Program-made: the position numbers and the translations under genes | DNA from: a bacterium | GTDB taxonomy: Bacteria > Joyebacterota > Joyebacteria > Joyebacterales > Joyebacteraceae | Assembly: GCA_025782395.1 (NCBI GenBank) | Contig: JALGZD010000218.1 | Location: 4,876-68,875 of the forward strand | DNA: 64,000 nt | Reading direction: 5' to 3' | In this document: positions 1 through 9,799 of the stretch, in pieces | Position numbering within the stretch: the stretch's first letter is position 1 | Layout: the number at the start of each line of letters is the position of its first letter | The notes under the pieces: generated by a model | Database searches by the model: none | Told to the model about the DNA's origin: nothing | What the model saw: the letters and a program-made list of their open reading frames with translations, nothing else

Positions 1-1929
1 CATCAGATCGCCACCCCTCAGGTTCACGGATCCCTCGGCTTCCCCGTAGTCGCCAAGGTCAAGACGAGAGAGAACGATCTCGTCCTCGCTTATCACAGCA
101 TCTGCACGGAGCGGCAGGTCCACGCCACGCACAACGGCATCGTCCGATTCGAGCGACAGTTCCAGCGCACGCCGCCCCGCCTCGCCACGCATGCGACCCG
201 CCACGCGCACGTTGGCCGCACTGTCCTCTCCCGTCACACCAACAATGCCATCGATCGCTGCCGACCCGAGATCGCCGGAGATCCGGAGCGGCCCGTCCAG
301 AAAAACCGGCATCAGCATGCCGACCTCGCCGTGCAGCAGCGAATCAACCCGGAGGTCTGACAGCAAGAGCTCCAGATCCACGTGAGGCGTCGCCGGAAGA
401 CCGCTGATCTCACCGGACAGCGAATAGCCACAGTCCGGAGAGTCCAGTGTCGCGTGGAGCACGTCATCCCTGAGAAGGACATGACCGACGCCCGATCCCA
501 ATGCCACGGGACCCACGATAGCGCTCGACCAGAGAACAGGGGACTCGACCTCGATCGATTCCGCGCTTCGCGTCACCACGAAGTCGCTCAGCGAGATCGT
601 TCCGGCCGCGTGCTCAGGAGCCTGCGCTCCCAGAAGCTCCTCAAGATCGGCCGTGAGGAACTCCCCGGCGACACTGAAATCGAGCGACTCGCCGGCACCG
701 AGGCCGTCAGCCCACCCATTCAATGCTAAATGCCCACCGAAAACAGTCGCGACGAATCGGGAGAGCTCAAGTCTGCCGGACCCGAATTCTCCTTTCGCCA
801 GGAGGTCGCAGGCGTTGACGGCCTCTACATTCAGTTTTCCGGAGCTGACTTCGAAAGCCAGCGTCGGGTCCGCGAACGGTCCGGTCACGCTGACGCTCAC
901 ATCCGCTCGTCCAGCGAGCGTGATCCCCTCGTACAGGGGGGACGCCGGATCGCCCAGATCCAGCGACTCGGCCCGAATGCTCAGGTCGTCGAACAAGCCA
1001 CGGTCCAGATTGAGCCGGCCGGCTGCTCTCACCGTGCCCCCTCTCCAGCTCGCAAGGAGACCGGTGATGTCGAGGAGACCGGACTCGTACGAACAGCCGC
1101 ATTCGTCGACGGTGAGCGTATCAGACACGGCATCCAGTTCGAAAACGGCATCATTCAGACTCAGGTTGCACTTGAAATCCGCCTCCGTCCCGGCGACAAC
1201 TTCCAGGACAACGCCCGCCTCCAGCTGCCCGCTCACGGGACTGAACGGCAGGGCGTCCGTTAGCGGAAGCCCCGGCCGGAGCTCCGCCTCCGTCAGCTCG
1301 ACGGTCACTTCGAGAAGCGGCGATTCAAGATCCCATACGATGTCCGCGGCGACATTGTCGGAGGCTCCGAGGCAACCGGCTGTGACTCCGCCCCTGAAGC
1401 TATCCGCGTGCGTCCGCTCGAGCAGCAGATCAAGGCCGGACAGCTCGAGTACATTTCCCGTCTCCACGTCCTCGAGAATAACTGTCCCATCCGAGACCCC
1501 AAGGTAGTTTGGAAGCATCCGCGCGTACTGATGAAGACGTGAGATGTGATCGTTCGGTGCTCCAAGCGTGTCTCCCGGATCGACGCGGACCCTGATCACG
1601 GGGGCGTTCACTATCACCATGTCCAGACTTCGTTTTGGATCGAAACCACTCCCGATGAACCTGGCATAGCTCACGCTTGCGCTGGCATGTGGGACGAAGA
1701 CAGAACTGCCGTCCTCCGACACGATCCGAACCTCGTTCGCAGTCAGTGACGCAAGCCCGAAATCGAGTTCGCCCACGCTGACCTTGCCGCCGACAAATGG
1801 CATCACTCGCGACAGAAGAGCCAGCTTCACAGCCGGCCTCCGCGCAGCGATTCTGAGTCCCATGTATGACGCCGGCAGCACGGCGATCACGATAATTGCG
1901 AGGACTACTACCCAGCGGCGGTGTCTCAT
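1..1929 (-). CDS. AsmA/TamB-like large secreted/membrane-anchored protein, N-terminal ~640 aa (C-terminus lies beyond the window start)
   Basis: Reverse-complement read from ATG at 1929: MRHRRWVVVLAIIVIAVLPASYMG... N-terminal signal-anchor, then a long repetitive Gly/Asp/Leu-rich beta-type sequence typical of AsmA/TamB proteins. Absent from the ORF track because it has no stop codon inside the window. Frame continuity was not fully verified by eye. Confidence 0.5.
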   Translation of the reverse strand, partial: MRHRRWVVVLAIIVIAVLPASYMGLRIAARRPAVKLALLSRVMPFVGGKVSVGELDFGLASLTANEVRIVSEDGSSVFVPHASASVSYARFIGSGFDPKRSLDMVIVNAPVIRVRVDPGDTLGAPNDHISRLHQYARMLPNYLGVSDGTVILEDVETGNVLELSGLDLLLERTHADSFRGGVTAGCLGASDNVAADIVWDLESPLLEVTVELTEAELRPGLPLTDALPFSPVSGQLEAGVVLEVVAGTEADFKCNLSLNDAVFELDAVSDTLTVDECGCSYESGLLDITGLLASWRGGTVRAAGRLNLDRGLFDDLSIRAESLDLGDPASPLYEGITLAGRADVSVSVTGPFADPTLAFEVSSGKLNVEAVNACDLLAKGEFGSGRLELSRFVATVFGGHLALNGWADGLGAGESLDFSVAGEFLTADLEELLGAQAPEHAAGTISLSDFVVTRSAESIEVESPVLWSSAIVGPVALGSGVGHVLLRDDVLHATLDSPDCGYSLSGEISGLPATPHVDLELLLSDLRVDSLLHGEVGMLMPVFLDGPLRISGDLGSAAIDGIVGVTGEDSAANVRVAGRMRGEAGRRALELSLESDDAVVRGVDLPLRADAVISEDEIVLSRLDLGDYGEAEGSVNLRGGDLM

Positions 1930-2117
1930 GGCAGGATATCTCTCATCCGGAGAGCAGTGGCAGCGGGAAACCGACGGATCGGCGTGACCGCTCTATTCAC
2001 ACACCTATCCGGATCCCACGCCGGTCGTTGTCGGCGTCAGCTCCGGTGCACGTGTCTCTTTCCGGCGGATGCCGGCCGGCGGCGGCCGTACGGCCGCGGC
2101 GCCCATGTTCACGGGCG

Positions 2118-4577
2118 CTAGGCGGCTGCCTTCGCCCGTTTGCGCGACGCGCGGAAGGTCAGCTCATCTCCCTTGCGCTCGATGCTCACGGGACCACCCT
2201 TCTCAAAGCGTCCCTTCAGGATCTCGTCAGCGAGCGGGTCCTCAAGGTGGCGCTGAATCGCGCGCCTTATCGGCCTCGCCCCAAACGCGGAATCGAATCC
2301 TTTCTCGATCAGAAGCTCCTTGGCCCCGTCGCTGACCTCCAGACTGATGCCGGATTCCTCCAGCCTTGATCCGACCTCCTTAAGAAGAATGTCAACGATG
2401 AGCCGCATCTCGTCGACACCGAGCGGATGGAACACTATGGAAGCGTCCACACGATTCAGGAACTCAGGATTGAAAACCCTCTTCAGCTCCTCGATCACTT
2501 TGCCCTTTATCTGAGTGTAGGCGCTCTCCGTGTTCTCGTCCTGCTGGAAACCGATGCCTCCGCGCTTAGCGATGTCCCTGGCGCCGACGTTCGACGTCAT
2601 GATGATGACCGTGTTCCTGAAGTCAACCACGTGCCCGAAGCTGTCGGTCAGCTGTCCATCCTCCAGCACCTGCAGAAGAATGTTGAAAACATCCGGATGT
2701 GCCTTCTCGATCTCATCGAAGAGGACCACCGAGTATGGCCGTCGCCGCACCTTCTCCGTGAGCTGACCGCCCTCATCATATCCCACGTAGCCGGGAGGGG
2801 CGCCCACGAGCCTCGAGACGGCGAATCGCTCCATATACTCGGACATATCGAGCCGCACCAGAGAGTTCTTGTCCTCGAAGAGGAACTCAGCGAGCCTGCG
2901 GGCGAGTTCGGTCTTCCCAACTCCGGTCGGTCCCAGGAAGATGAACGATCCGATCGGCCTCCGAGGATCCCGAAGACCCGCGCGATTCCGCCTGACGGCC
3001 TTCGATACCTCCGTAAGAGCCTCATCCTGACCTACGACGTGCTTCCTGAGCTCGTCCTCCATCCGGAGCAGCTTTGCGCTCTCCTCCTGTGCCAGTTTCC
3101 TGACGGGGATGCCCGTCATCGAGGCGACGACCCCGGCGACATCTTCAGCGGATACGGTCGCCTTCCTCTCGTGCTTCGCCTGGATGAGTTCCTTCCGCGC
3201 ACTGTCGAGCTTGCTTCTGAGGTCGCGCTCCCGGTCCCTTAGCTCGGCTGCCCGCTCGAATGCCTGAGATTCGCTGGCGGCTCTCTTCTCTTCCATGACG
3301 GAGTCCAGCGCCTTCTCGAGTTCGCGGACCTCGATAGGAATCGTGCTTATCTCCATGCGAGCCCTCGCACCGGCCTCGTCTACGACATCTATCGCCTTGT
3401 CGGGCAGGAATCTGTCTGAGATGTAGCGGTCCGCCAGTTTCGCGGCGGCCACAAGCGCCTCGTCGGAGATGTCAGCCAGGTGATGCTCCTCGTACTTGCA
3501 CCTGAGGCCCCGCAGGATCTCGATCGTCTCCTCAACAGTCGGCGCGTCCACAATAATCGGCTGGAACCGACGCTCAAGCGCCCCGTCCTTCTCGATGTGC
3601 TTTCTGTATTCATTCAGCGTTGTGGCCCCGATGCACTGCAGCTCACCCCGAGCCAGAGCAGGTTTCAGCATGTTCGCTGCGTCGATGGCGCCTTCCGCAC
3701 CGCCCGCCCCTACGATAGTGTGAAGCTCATCGATGAAGACGATGACGTTCTCACTCTCCTTGATCTCTTTGATGAGGGTCTTCAGACGTTCTTCGAACTG
3801 CCCGCGGTACTTCGTTCCCGCAACCGTCGACGAGAGGTCGAGCATGACGAGTCGCTTGTCCTTCAGAGTGGCAGGCACCTCGTTGGCCATTATCTTTTGC
3901 GCTAGGCCCTCGACGATCGCCGTCTTCCCCACTCCGGGCTCGCCGATCAGAACGGGGTTGTTTTTCTTGCGACGCGAGAGAACCTGGAGAACGCGCTCAA
4001 TCTCGTTCGCACGACCGATGACAGGATCCAACTCCCCCTGTCGTGCCATCATGGTGAGATCCCGGCCGTACTGGTCGAGCGTGGGGGTCTCGGTCTGCTC
4101 AGTAGTCGGTACTTCCATGGCATCGACTCCACCGCCGCCACCCAGAACCTTCATCACCATCTCACGTGCCGTTCTCAAGTCCACATCCAGATCCCTGAGT
4201 GCCTTCGCCGCGACTCCGTCCCCTTCACGTATCAGCGCCAGGAGCAGATGCTCGGTTCCGATGTATTGATGGTGGAGTATCCGAGCCTCCTCGCGTGCCA
4301 GTTCGAGAACCGTCTTGGCGCGCGGAGTCCATTGGGTCTCCTTCATGGAAGCGCCATAGCTGCCGCGAGCAACATGCGACTCGACCATCTCCCTCACGGT
4401 GTCGAGGTCGACGGCGAGTTCGCGCAGAACTGTCGCCGCAACACCCTCACCCTCGCGAACGATCCCGAGCAGCAGGTGCTCTGTGCCGAGGTAGTCGTGG
4501 TGAAGACGCGTGGCTTCTTCCCGCGCGAAATAGAGAACTCGCCGAACGCGCGGGGTGAAGTCCGTATGTCTCTGCAT
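2118..4577 (-). CDS. clpC: ATP-dependent Clp protease ATP-binding subunit ClpC (class III stress AAA+ chaperone)
   Basis: 819 aa. Two Clp_N repeats ([17 protein letters not shown] / [17 protein letters not shown]), AAA1 Walker [19 protein letters not shown]-like coiled coil between the AAA modules, AAA2 [16 protein letters not shown]. McsB and McsA genes lie immediately upstream. Confidence 0.9.
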   Translation of the reverse strand: MQRHTDFTPRVRRVLYFAREEATRLHHDYLGTEHLLLGIVREGEGVAATVLRELAVDLDTVREMVESHVARGSYGASMKETQWTPRAKTVLELAREEARILHHQYIGTEHLLLALIREGDGVAAKALRDLDVDLRTAREMVMKVLGGGGGVDAMEVPTTEQTETPTLDQYGRDLTMMARQGELDPVIGRANEIERVLQVLSRRKKNNPVLIGEPGVGKTAIVEGLAQKIMANEVPATLKDKRLVMLDLSSTVAGTKYRGQFEERLKTLIKEIKESENVIVFIDELHTIVGAGGAEGAIDAANMLKPALARGELQCIGATTLNEYRKHIEKDGALERRFQPIIVDAPTVEETIEILRGLRCKYEEHHLADISDEALVAAAKLADRYISDRFLPDKAIDVVDEAGARARMEISTIPIEVRELEKALDSVMEEKRAASESQAFERAAELRDRERDLRSKLDSARKELIQAKHERKATVSAEDVAGVVASMTGIPVRKLAQEESAKLLRMEDELRKHVVGQDEALTEVSKAVRRNRAGLRDPRRPIGSFIFLGPTGVGKTELARRLAEFLFEDKNSLVRLDMSEYMERFAVSRLVGAPPGYVGYDEGGQLTEKVRRRPYSVVLFDEIEKAHPDVFNILLQVLEDGQLTDSFGHVVDFRNTVIIMTSNVGARDIAKRGGIGFQQDENTESAYTQIKGKVIEELKRVFNPEFLNRVDASIVFHPLGVDEMRLIVDILLKEVGSRLEESGISLEVSDGAKELLIEKGFDSAFGARPIRRAIQRHLEDPLADEILKGRFEKGGPVSIERKGDELTFRASRKRAKAAA

Positions 4578-4601
4578 TCTCCCCTCCGATCGTCAGAAAA
4601 C

Positions 4602-5666
4602 TCAGACACCGTTTCCCGACGCCAGTTCCTTGCGGATGAGATCCGCCCTCATGCGATCGCGCTGCTCCGGTCCCGGATCCCGGCCATCGAAGCACTTCAG
4701 ATGCCCGGGTTGTGTGGAAACCAGAAGCCTGTTTACCGTTGCAAGATCGACCGAATCGATGAACCCCTCGGTGATGCCGAATCTCAAGGACGAGCAGAGC
4801 GCCATCATTTCCTCCGACGAGATGATCCGCGCGCTCGAGAGGATGCCGTAGGCTCTGTGTACCTCGTCCTCAATCTCCTGTCCGCCTTTCTCGCCGAGTT
4901 CGCTCCTCGCCTCGAGTTCCAGCGTGACCAATTGCCCGGCCACTCTCTCGACCGTGTAGGCGATATCGTCCTCGGACTGTCCCAGCGTCATCTGGTTCGA
5001 AACCTGGAAAAAACCTCCAAGAGCCGCGCTCTTCTCGCCGTAGAAGCCTCTCACTGAGAGACCCAGCTTCGATATGCTCCCGAGGATCTGTGCGGTCCGG
5101 TCGCTTCTCACAAGTCCCACCAGATGGATAAGCACAGACACGCGCATGCCTGTCCCCACATTCGTGGGACACGAGGTAAGATATCCCCAGTCGCTGGAGT
5201 ATGCATAATGCAAGTTCTGCTCCAGTTCGGTGTCGATGCGGTCTACCAGACGCCAGGCATCCATCGGCTGCAGACCGGACCTGAGAGATGCCAGTCTGAG
5301 GTGATCCTCTTCGTTGATCACAGCACTCACGATCTCACGATCGCCGATGATCACCGCCCGGCCGAAACCGTCCTCTGCAAACTCCTGGCCCGTGAGATGA
5401 CGCTCGACCAGGATCTGGCGTTGCGCCTTCGAACTCTCGTCCATGATCAGGACCAGCGCGTTCCCCAGGTAGTTGCCCGCGGACGCCGCAGCAAGTATGC
5501 GGTCCCTCACGCGTTCAAGGCCTGTGCGGTCGGCCCTTGCCGGGAACGCTACATCGTTGAGGTTTCGGGCCAGTCGGACCCTGGTCGAGAGAACAACATT
5601 GGAGGTCGGCCCGGATGCGTCGAGCCAGCTTGGCGGCATGGCGAGCATCTGCTCAAACGTTCCCAT
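4602..5666 (-). CDS. mcsB: protein-arginine kinase McsB (ATP:guanido phosphotransferase)
   Basis: ORF 4602..5909. Phosphagen-kinase-like motifs (LSTRVRLARNL, CPTNVGTGMRVSV). Start placed at the internal ATG at 5666 (MGTFEQ...) because the upstream extension is low-complexity and overlaps mcsA. Confidence 0.8.
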   Translation of the reverse strand: MGTFEQMLAMPPSWLDASGPTSNVVLSTRVRLARNLNDVAFPARADRTGLERVRDRILAAASAGNYLGNALVLIMDESSKAQRQILVERHLTGQEFAEDGFGRAVIIGDREIVSAVINEEDHLRLASLRSGLQPMDAWRLVDRIDTELEQNLHYAYSSDWGYLTSCPTNVGTGMRVSVLIHLVGLVRSDRTAQILGSISKLGLSVRGFYGEKSAALGGFFQVSNQMTLGQSEDDIAYTVERVAGQLVTLELEARSELGEKGGQEIEDEVHRAYGILSSARIISSEEMMALCSSLRFGITEGFIDSVDLATVNRLLVSTQPGHLKCFDGRDPGPEQRDRMRADLIRKELASGNGV

Positions 5667-6177
5667 CGCCGTCCTCCTTACGCGGCGTCGACTCGAGACT
5701 CCGGATGCGGTCACGAAACTCGGCCGCGCGCTCGTACTCCTCGTGCCGGACTGCCTTCTCCAGCTCGAGCTTGAGGCGCCTGACCTCCCGGATCGATTCG
5801 ACATCTTCGGGGGCCTTCGACGGAATGCCTCCGGTGTGGCGTGTGCTGCCGTGAATGCGACGTATGAGCGGTCTGAGTTCGTTCTCGAACGACGTGTAGC
5901 AATCTGCACACCCGAGCTTGCCGGTCCGGCGGAAGTCCTTGTACGAGAGCCCGCACCCGGGGCAGACCGGCCCCTGCAACTCGGCCGCCTCCTCCGCCCC
6001 GACTTCCTCCAGAAGCCCCATCAGCATGCTGACCAGGGGTCCGGCAAGCGGGGCAAGCGAGAGACCGATCCCTCTGGCGCTTGCGCACTCATCGCAGAGC
6101 CGCATCAACCGCATCTCGCCGTCCACCATCTCCACGAAGCGGACGGTCGCGGGTCTGCCGCACTCATCGCAGATCAT
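5653..6177 (-). CDS. mcsA: McsA-like activator of protein-arginine kinase (paired CxxC zinc fingers plus UVR domain)
   Basis: 174 aa: MICDECGRPATV...CDEC...CPGCG...CADCY, then a UvrB/C-like coiled coil (EEYERAAEFRDRIRSLE). Overlaps the mcsB start by 14 nt. Confidence 0.75.
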   Translation of the reverse strand: MICDECGRPATVRFVEMVDGEMRLMRLCDECASARGIGLSLAPLAGPLVSMLMGLLEEVGAEEAAELQGPVCPGCGLSYKDFRRTGKLGCADCYTSFENELRPLIRRIHGSTRHTGGIPSKAPEDVESIREVRRLKLELEKAVRHEEYERAAEFRDRIRSLESTPRKEDGDGNV

Positions 6178-6192
6178 CGCTCCGCTCCCCCT

Positions 6193-6894
6193 TCAGTCTT
6201 TCAGCGTCATGCCATCTCTGAGTTCCACGACCCGGTCGGCCCTCTCATAGAGCTCCGGGTTGTGGGTCACTATCACGAACGTCTGTCCAAGCTCGTCTCG
6301 CAGCCCCCAGATGAGATCGTGGAGCTCGCCGCCGCTCGCGCGATCGAGGTTACCCGAGGGCTCGTCAGCAAAGACGACGGAAGGAGCGTTGACCAGCGCC
6401 CGAGCCACAGCCACGCGCTGCTCCTCGCCCCCCGAGAGCTCTCCCGGTCTGTGGTCGCCCCGGGAAGCCAGATGCACCTGGTCCAGAGTCTGAAGGGCTC
6501 GCGCCCTGGCGTCCAAACCGCTCATCCCGGCGATTAGACAGGGCATCATCACGTTCTCCAGAGCGGTCAGCTCACGCATAAGATGATGGAACTGGAACAC
6601 GAATCCGACCGTCCTGTTTCTGAAACCCGCGCGCTCCAGTTCCGGCAGCGCGAAGACGTCCGTCGAGTCGATGAAGACGCGACCGGATGTGGGGCGGTCG
6701 AGCGCGCCCATGATGTGAAGGAGAGTGCTCTTCCCGACGCCGGACGGTCCGACGATGGCGACTATCTCGCCCCGTCGCACGGCCAGGTCGATGCCCCTGA
6801 GAACGTGGAGCTCCTCTGCTCCTGTGGTGAAGCTCTTGGTCACGTCTTCGACGATCAGCATGGCACCATTGGCGTCCCGCGAGAGATTACTCAT
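6193..6894 (-). CDS. lolD: ABC transporter ATP-binding protein, LolD/MacB-ATPase-like
   Basis: 233 aa. Walker A GPSGVGKST, ABC signature LSGGEEQRVAVARAL, Walker B VVFADEPSGNLD. Overlaps the adjacent permease gene by 8 nt. Confidence 0.8.
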   Translation of the reverse strand: MSNLSRDANGAMLIVEDVTKSFTTGAEELHVLRGIDLAVRRGEIVAIVGPSGVGKSTLLHIMGALDRPTSGRVFIDSTDVFALPELERAGFRNRTVGFVFQFHHLMRELTALENVMMPCLIAGMSGLDARARALQTLDQVHLASRGDHRPGELSGGEEQRVAVARALVNAPSVVFADEPSGNLDRASGGELHDLIWGLRDELGQTFVIVTHNPELYERADRVVELRDGMTLKD

Positions 6895-8140
6895 TGCGTA
6901 TGGCCTCCACCGGCACCAGCTTGGCTGCCTTCCACGCCGGATAGAGGGCAGCGAGGAAACTTATCAGCATCGCTGCGACTGCGACGACAACGAAGTCACT
7001 GAACCTCATGAGAACGGGAAGCGTCTCCACGGGATAGACATCTCCCGGTAGACTTATGAACTGATACCGGTCAAGAAGCGACGCCAGCACGAAACCACTG
7101 ATGCTGCCGATGAGCATTCCGAAAACTCCTATCACCAACCCCTCCGCGACGAAGATCCTGAGGATCGACCGGGCAGTAGCTCCCATCGACTTCATCACAC
7201 CGATGTCTTTCGTCTTCTCCATGACAACCATAATGAGGGTGCTCGCAATATTGAACGCGGCAACCATGATGATGAGGGACAGGATCCAGAACATCACCTT
7301 TTTCTCAGTCCTCATCCACGTGAACAGATTGCGGTTGAGATAGATCCAGTTGTTGGCGCGATACGGAAACCCTCCCACCGCCGTCACCACCGCGCTTCCG
7401 ACCTCGGGGGCACGCCAGGGGTCTTCCACCTTGATCTCGATGCCGGTAACTCCATCCTGCATACCGAACAGACGCTGCGCCTCAGTGAGATCTATGTAGA
7501 CCAGCTGCTGGTCATACTCATACATGCCCGAGCTGTAGAGCCCGACGACTCTGAACTGCGATACGGACGTCATCACTCCCATCGGCGTAACGACGTAGTC
7601 GAACGGCGACGAGAGGGCAACAGTGTCACCGACCGTAACTCTGAGCCTGTGGGCCAGTTCGTCACCGACAATCATGAGCGGGATCTCTCCCGGCTCAGCT
7701 GTCAGAGTCTCAAGACCCGGTTCGATGTTCTCCATGATGTCGGTGACTCTGCCCTCGCTCTTGAGGTCGGCGCCGCGGATGACCGCGCCATCGGACCGCT
7801 CGTACCCCTTGATGACTCCCTTCGAATAGGTGAACGGTGCCGCCGCGACGACTCCCGGCACGGTCTCGACAATATCGATGATTGTCTGGTAGTTCCGAAC
7901 CGGTTCAGCACCGTACTTGAGCAGTATCACGTGTGCGTTGATGCCGATGATCCGTCGGTGTATCTCCTCCTCGAAGCCGTTCATCACACTGAGGACAACG
8001 GTCAGCGCCATGACCCCGACGGCCACACCGACGATGGAAATAGCCGTGATTATCGAGATAAACCTGGTCTTGCGGCGCGCCCTGAGGTAGCGCCACGCGA
8101 CGAACCACTCGAATGACAAGAAGGAACTCCTCTCCTTCAT
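6887..8140 (-). CDS. lolC: lipoprotein-releasing system permease, LolC/LolE family (FtsX fold with MacB-type periplasmic domain)
   Basis: 417 aa. N-terminal TM, large periplasmic domain, three C-terminal TMs. Size and organisation fit LolC/E. Paired with the LolD-like ATPase. Confidence 0.75.
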   Translation of the reverse strand: MKERSSFLSFEWFVAWRYLRARRKTRFISIITAISIVGVAVGVMALTVVLSVMNGFEEEIHRRIIGINAHVILLKYGAEPVRNYQTIIDIVETVPGVVAAAPFTYSKGVIKGYERSDGAVIRGADLKSEGRVTDIMENIEPGLETLTAEPGEIPLMIVGDELAHRLRVTVGDTVALSSPFDYVVTPMGVMTSVSQFRVVGLYSSGMYEYDQQLVYIDLTEAQRLFGMQDGVTGIEIKVEDPWRAPEVGSAVVTAVGGFPYRANNWIYLNRNLFTWMRTEKKVMFWILSLIIMVAAFNIASTLIMVVMEKTKDIGVMKSMGATARSILRIFVAEGLVIGVFGMLIGSISGFVLASLLDRYQFISLPGDVYPVETLPVLMRFSDFVVVAVAAMLISFLAALYPAWKAAKLVPVEAIRNE

Positions 8141-8214
8141 CGGTACACCGTCTCAGTCTGGAATGCAAGCGCTCCGCACCTCTGCCGCACGGGGCCGAGA
8201 ACCCGCCGCCATAA

Positions 8215-9768
8215 CTACTCGCTTTGCTCCGGACGCATCGTCGGGAACAGAATGACGTCGCGAATCCCGGGAGAGTCCGTCATCAGCATGACCACCCTGT
8301 CTACTCCTATGCCCAGCCCACCGGTCGGTGGCATGCCGTGCCTGAGCGCCATGATGAAGTCCTCGTCCATCCCATGCGCTTCTTCATCACCTCCCGCACG
8401 CTTTTCCACCTGCGCGCTGAGGCGTCGCACCTGTTCGTCCGGGTCGTTGAGTTCCGTGAACGAATTGCCAAGTTCAATGCCGGCAATGAATATCTCGAAC
8501 CGCTCGACGATGTCCGGATCATCCGGTGTCTGCTTCGCCAGCGGCGATATCTCCAGCGGGTAGTCGATAAGAAAGGTCGGCTCCGTGAGCTTTGGCTCCA
8601 CGAGTTCGTCCAAGATCTTCTCCACGAGTTTACCGAAGCTCGGGAGCTCGTCGCCCTGTAGGTCGTCCGGGTCAAGACCGGCTGCCCGCGCCGCCACGAC
8701 CAGCGCCTCTCTGCTCCTGAGCGCATCTTCCCCCACCACCTCCGCTACGGCGTCCATCACCTTGACACGCTTCCACGGCGCCTTGACATCGATTTCCTGC
8801 CCCTGCCACGTGAACCTCGTACCGCCGTGGAGCTCGCAGGCCAGCCGCTCGAAAAGCGATTCCGTTGTCTCCATCATCACATTGTAGTCGGCGTAGGCCT
8901 GATAAAGCTCGAGTTGCGTGAACTCGGGGCTGTGCGTCCTGTCCATCCCCTCGTTACGAAAGTCCTTGCCGATCTCGAAGACCCGCTCGAATCCCCCGAC
9001 TATCAGGCGCTTGAGGTAGAGCTCGTCGGCTATCCTCAGATAGAGCGTGAGATCGAGTGAGCGATGATGCGTCTCAAAGGCGCGGGCGAAGGCCCCACCG
9101 TAGATCGGCTGGAGTATCGGCGTCTCGGCCTCAAGGAAATCCCGCTCCGTCAGGAACTCGCGCATGATACGGACGATCCTGCTCCTCGTGCGGAAGACGG
9201 CCCGCGTCTCCTCATTCGAGATGAGATCCAGGTACCGCCTGCGATATCTGAGCTCCTTGTCTTTGAGGCCGTGCCACTTCTCCGGAAGCGGAAGGAGCGC
9301 CTTCGCAAGCAGCACGAGCTTCTTCACTTTGAGGCTCACTTCATCTGATCTGGTCCTGAAGACCTCGCCGCGCGCGCCGACGATGTCACCGACGTTGAGG
9401 AGTTCCCAGACCGCGAACTGCTCGTCTCCGACCTCGTCCCGCCGCACATAAAGCTGCATCTTCCCTTTCACGTCAACAAGGTCGGCGAAGCCGGCCTTTC
9501 CGTGACCCCTCACAGCCATCAGACGCCCGGCCACCGTCACCTCACTGCCCTCAAGACGATCAAAATCGTTCACGACTTCGCGAGAATGGTGCGATCTCTC
9601 GAAACGGCGGGGATACGGATCGACCCCGTTCTCCCTCAGGCTCTCGAGATTCGCTCGCATCTGGTCCTGAGCGACGCCTTCCGGCTTCTCCAATTCACTA
9701 GCCTCCCGGCTCGCGGACACTCCCGCGATGACCCTCTGTCGATCCGGCGGAAACCCCACGGCAGCCAC
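8215..9768 (-). CDS. lysS: lysine--tRNA ligase (class II)
   Basis: Class-II aaRS motifs (FTQLELYQAYAD; GGLGIGVDRVVML), N-terminal OB/anticodon-binding region. The real start may be the internal ATG at 9660 (MRANLESLRE...). Confidence 0.9.
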   Translation of the reverse strand: MAAVGFPPDRQRVIAGVSASREASELEKPEGVAQDQMRANLESLRENGVDPYPRRFERSHHSREVVNDFDRLEGSEVTVAGRLMAVRGHGKAGFADLVDVKGKMQLYVRRDEVGDEQFAVWELLNVGDIVGARGEVFRTRSDEVSLKVKKLVLLAKALLPLPEKWHGLKDKELRYRRRYLDLISNEETRAVFRTRSRIVRIMREFLTERDFLEAETPILQPIYGGAFARAFETHHRSLDLTLYLRIADELYLKRLIVGGFERVFEIGKDFRNEGMDRTHSPEFTQLELYQAYADYNVMMETTESLFERLACELHGGTRFTWQGQEIDVKAPWKRVKVMDAVAEVVGEDALRSREALVVAARAAGLDPDDLQGDELPSFGKLVEKILDELVEPKLTEPTFLIDYPLEISPLAKQTPDDPDIVERFEIFIAGIELGNSFTELNDPDEQVRRLSAQVEKRAGGDEEAHGMDEDFIMALRHGMPPTGGLGIGVDRVVMLMTDSPGIRDVILFPTMRPEQSE

Positions 9769-9799
9769 ATTGACAACTGCGCGGCCCGGCCCGTCCGGA

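Noticed and set aside
653-1507. 284-aa plus-strand ORF plus neighbours 382..729 and 730..1263
   Set aside because: Ser/Pro/Arg/Thr low-complexity translations. The coherent protein is the unlisted minus-strand AsmA/TamB-like frame running off the window start.
5666-5909. N-terminal 81-aa extension of the McsB ORF (start at 5909)
   Set aside because: The extension is Arg/Ser low-complexity and overlaps mcsA almost entirely. The internal ATG at 5666 gives a normal-length McsB with only a 14-nt overlap.
5473-6537. 354-aa plus-strand ORF across mcsB, mcsA and lolD
   Set aside because: It is antisense to three motif-supported genes. Spurious.
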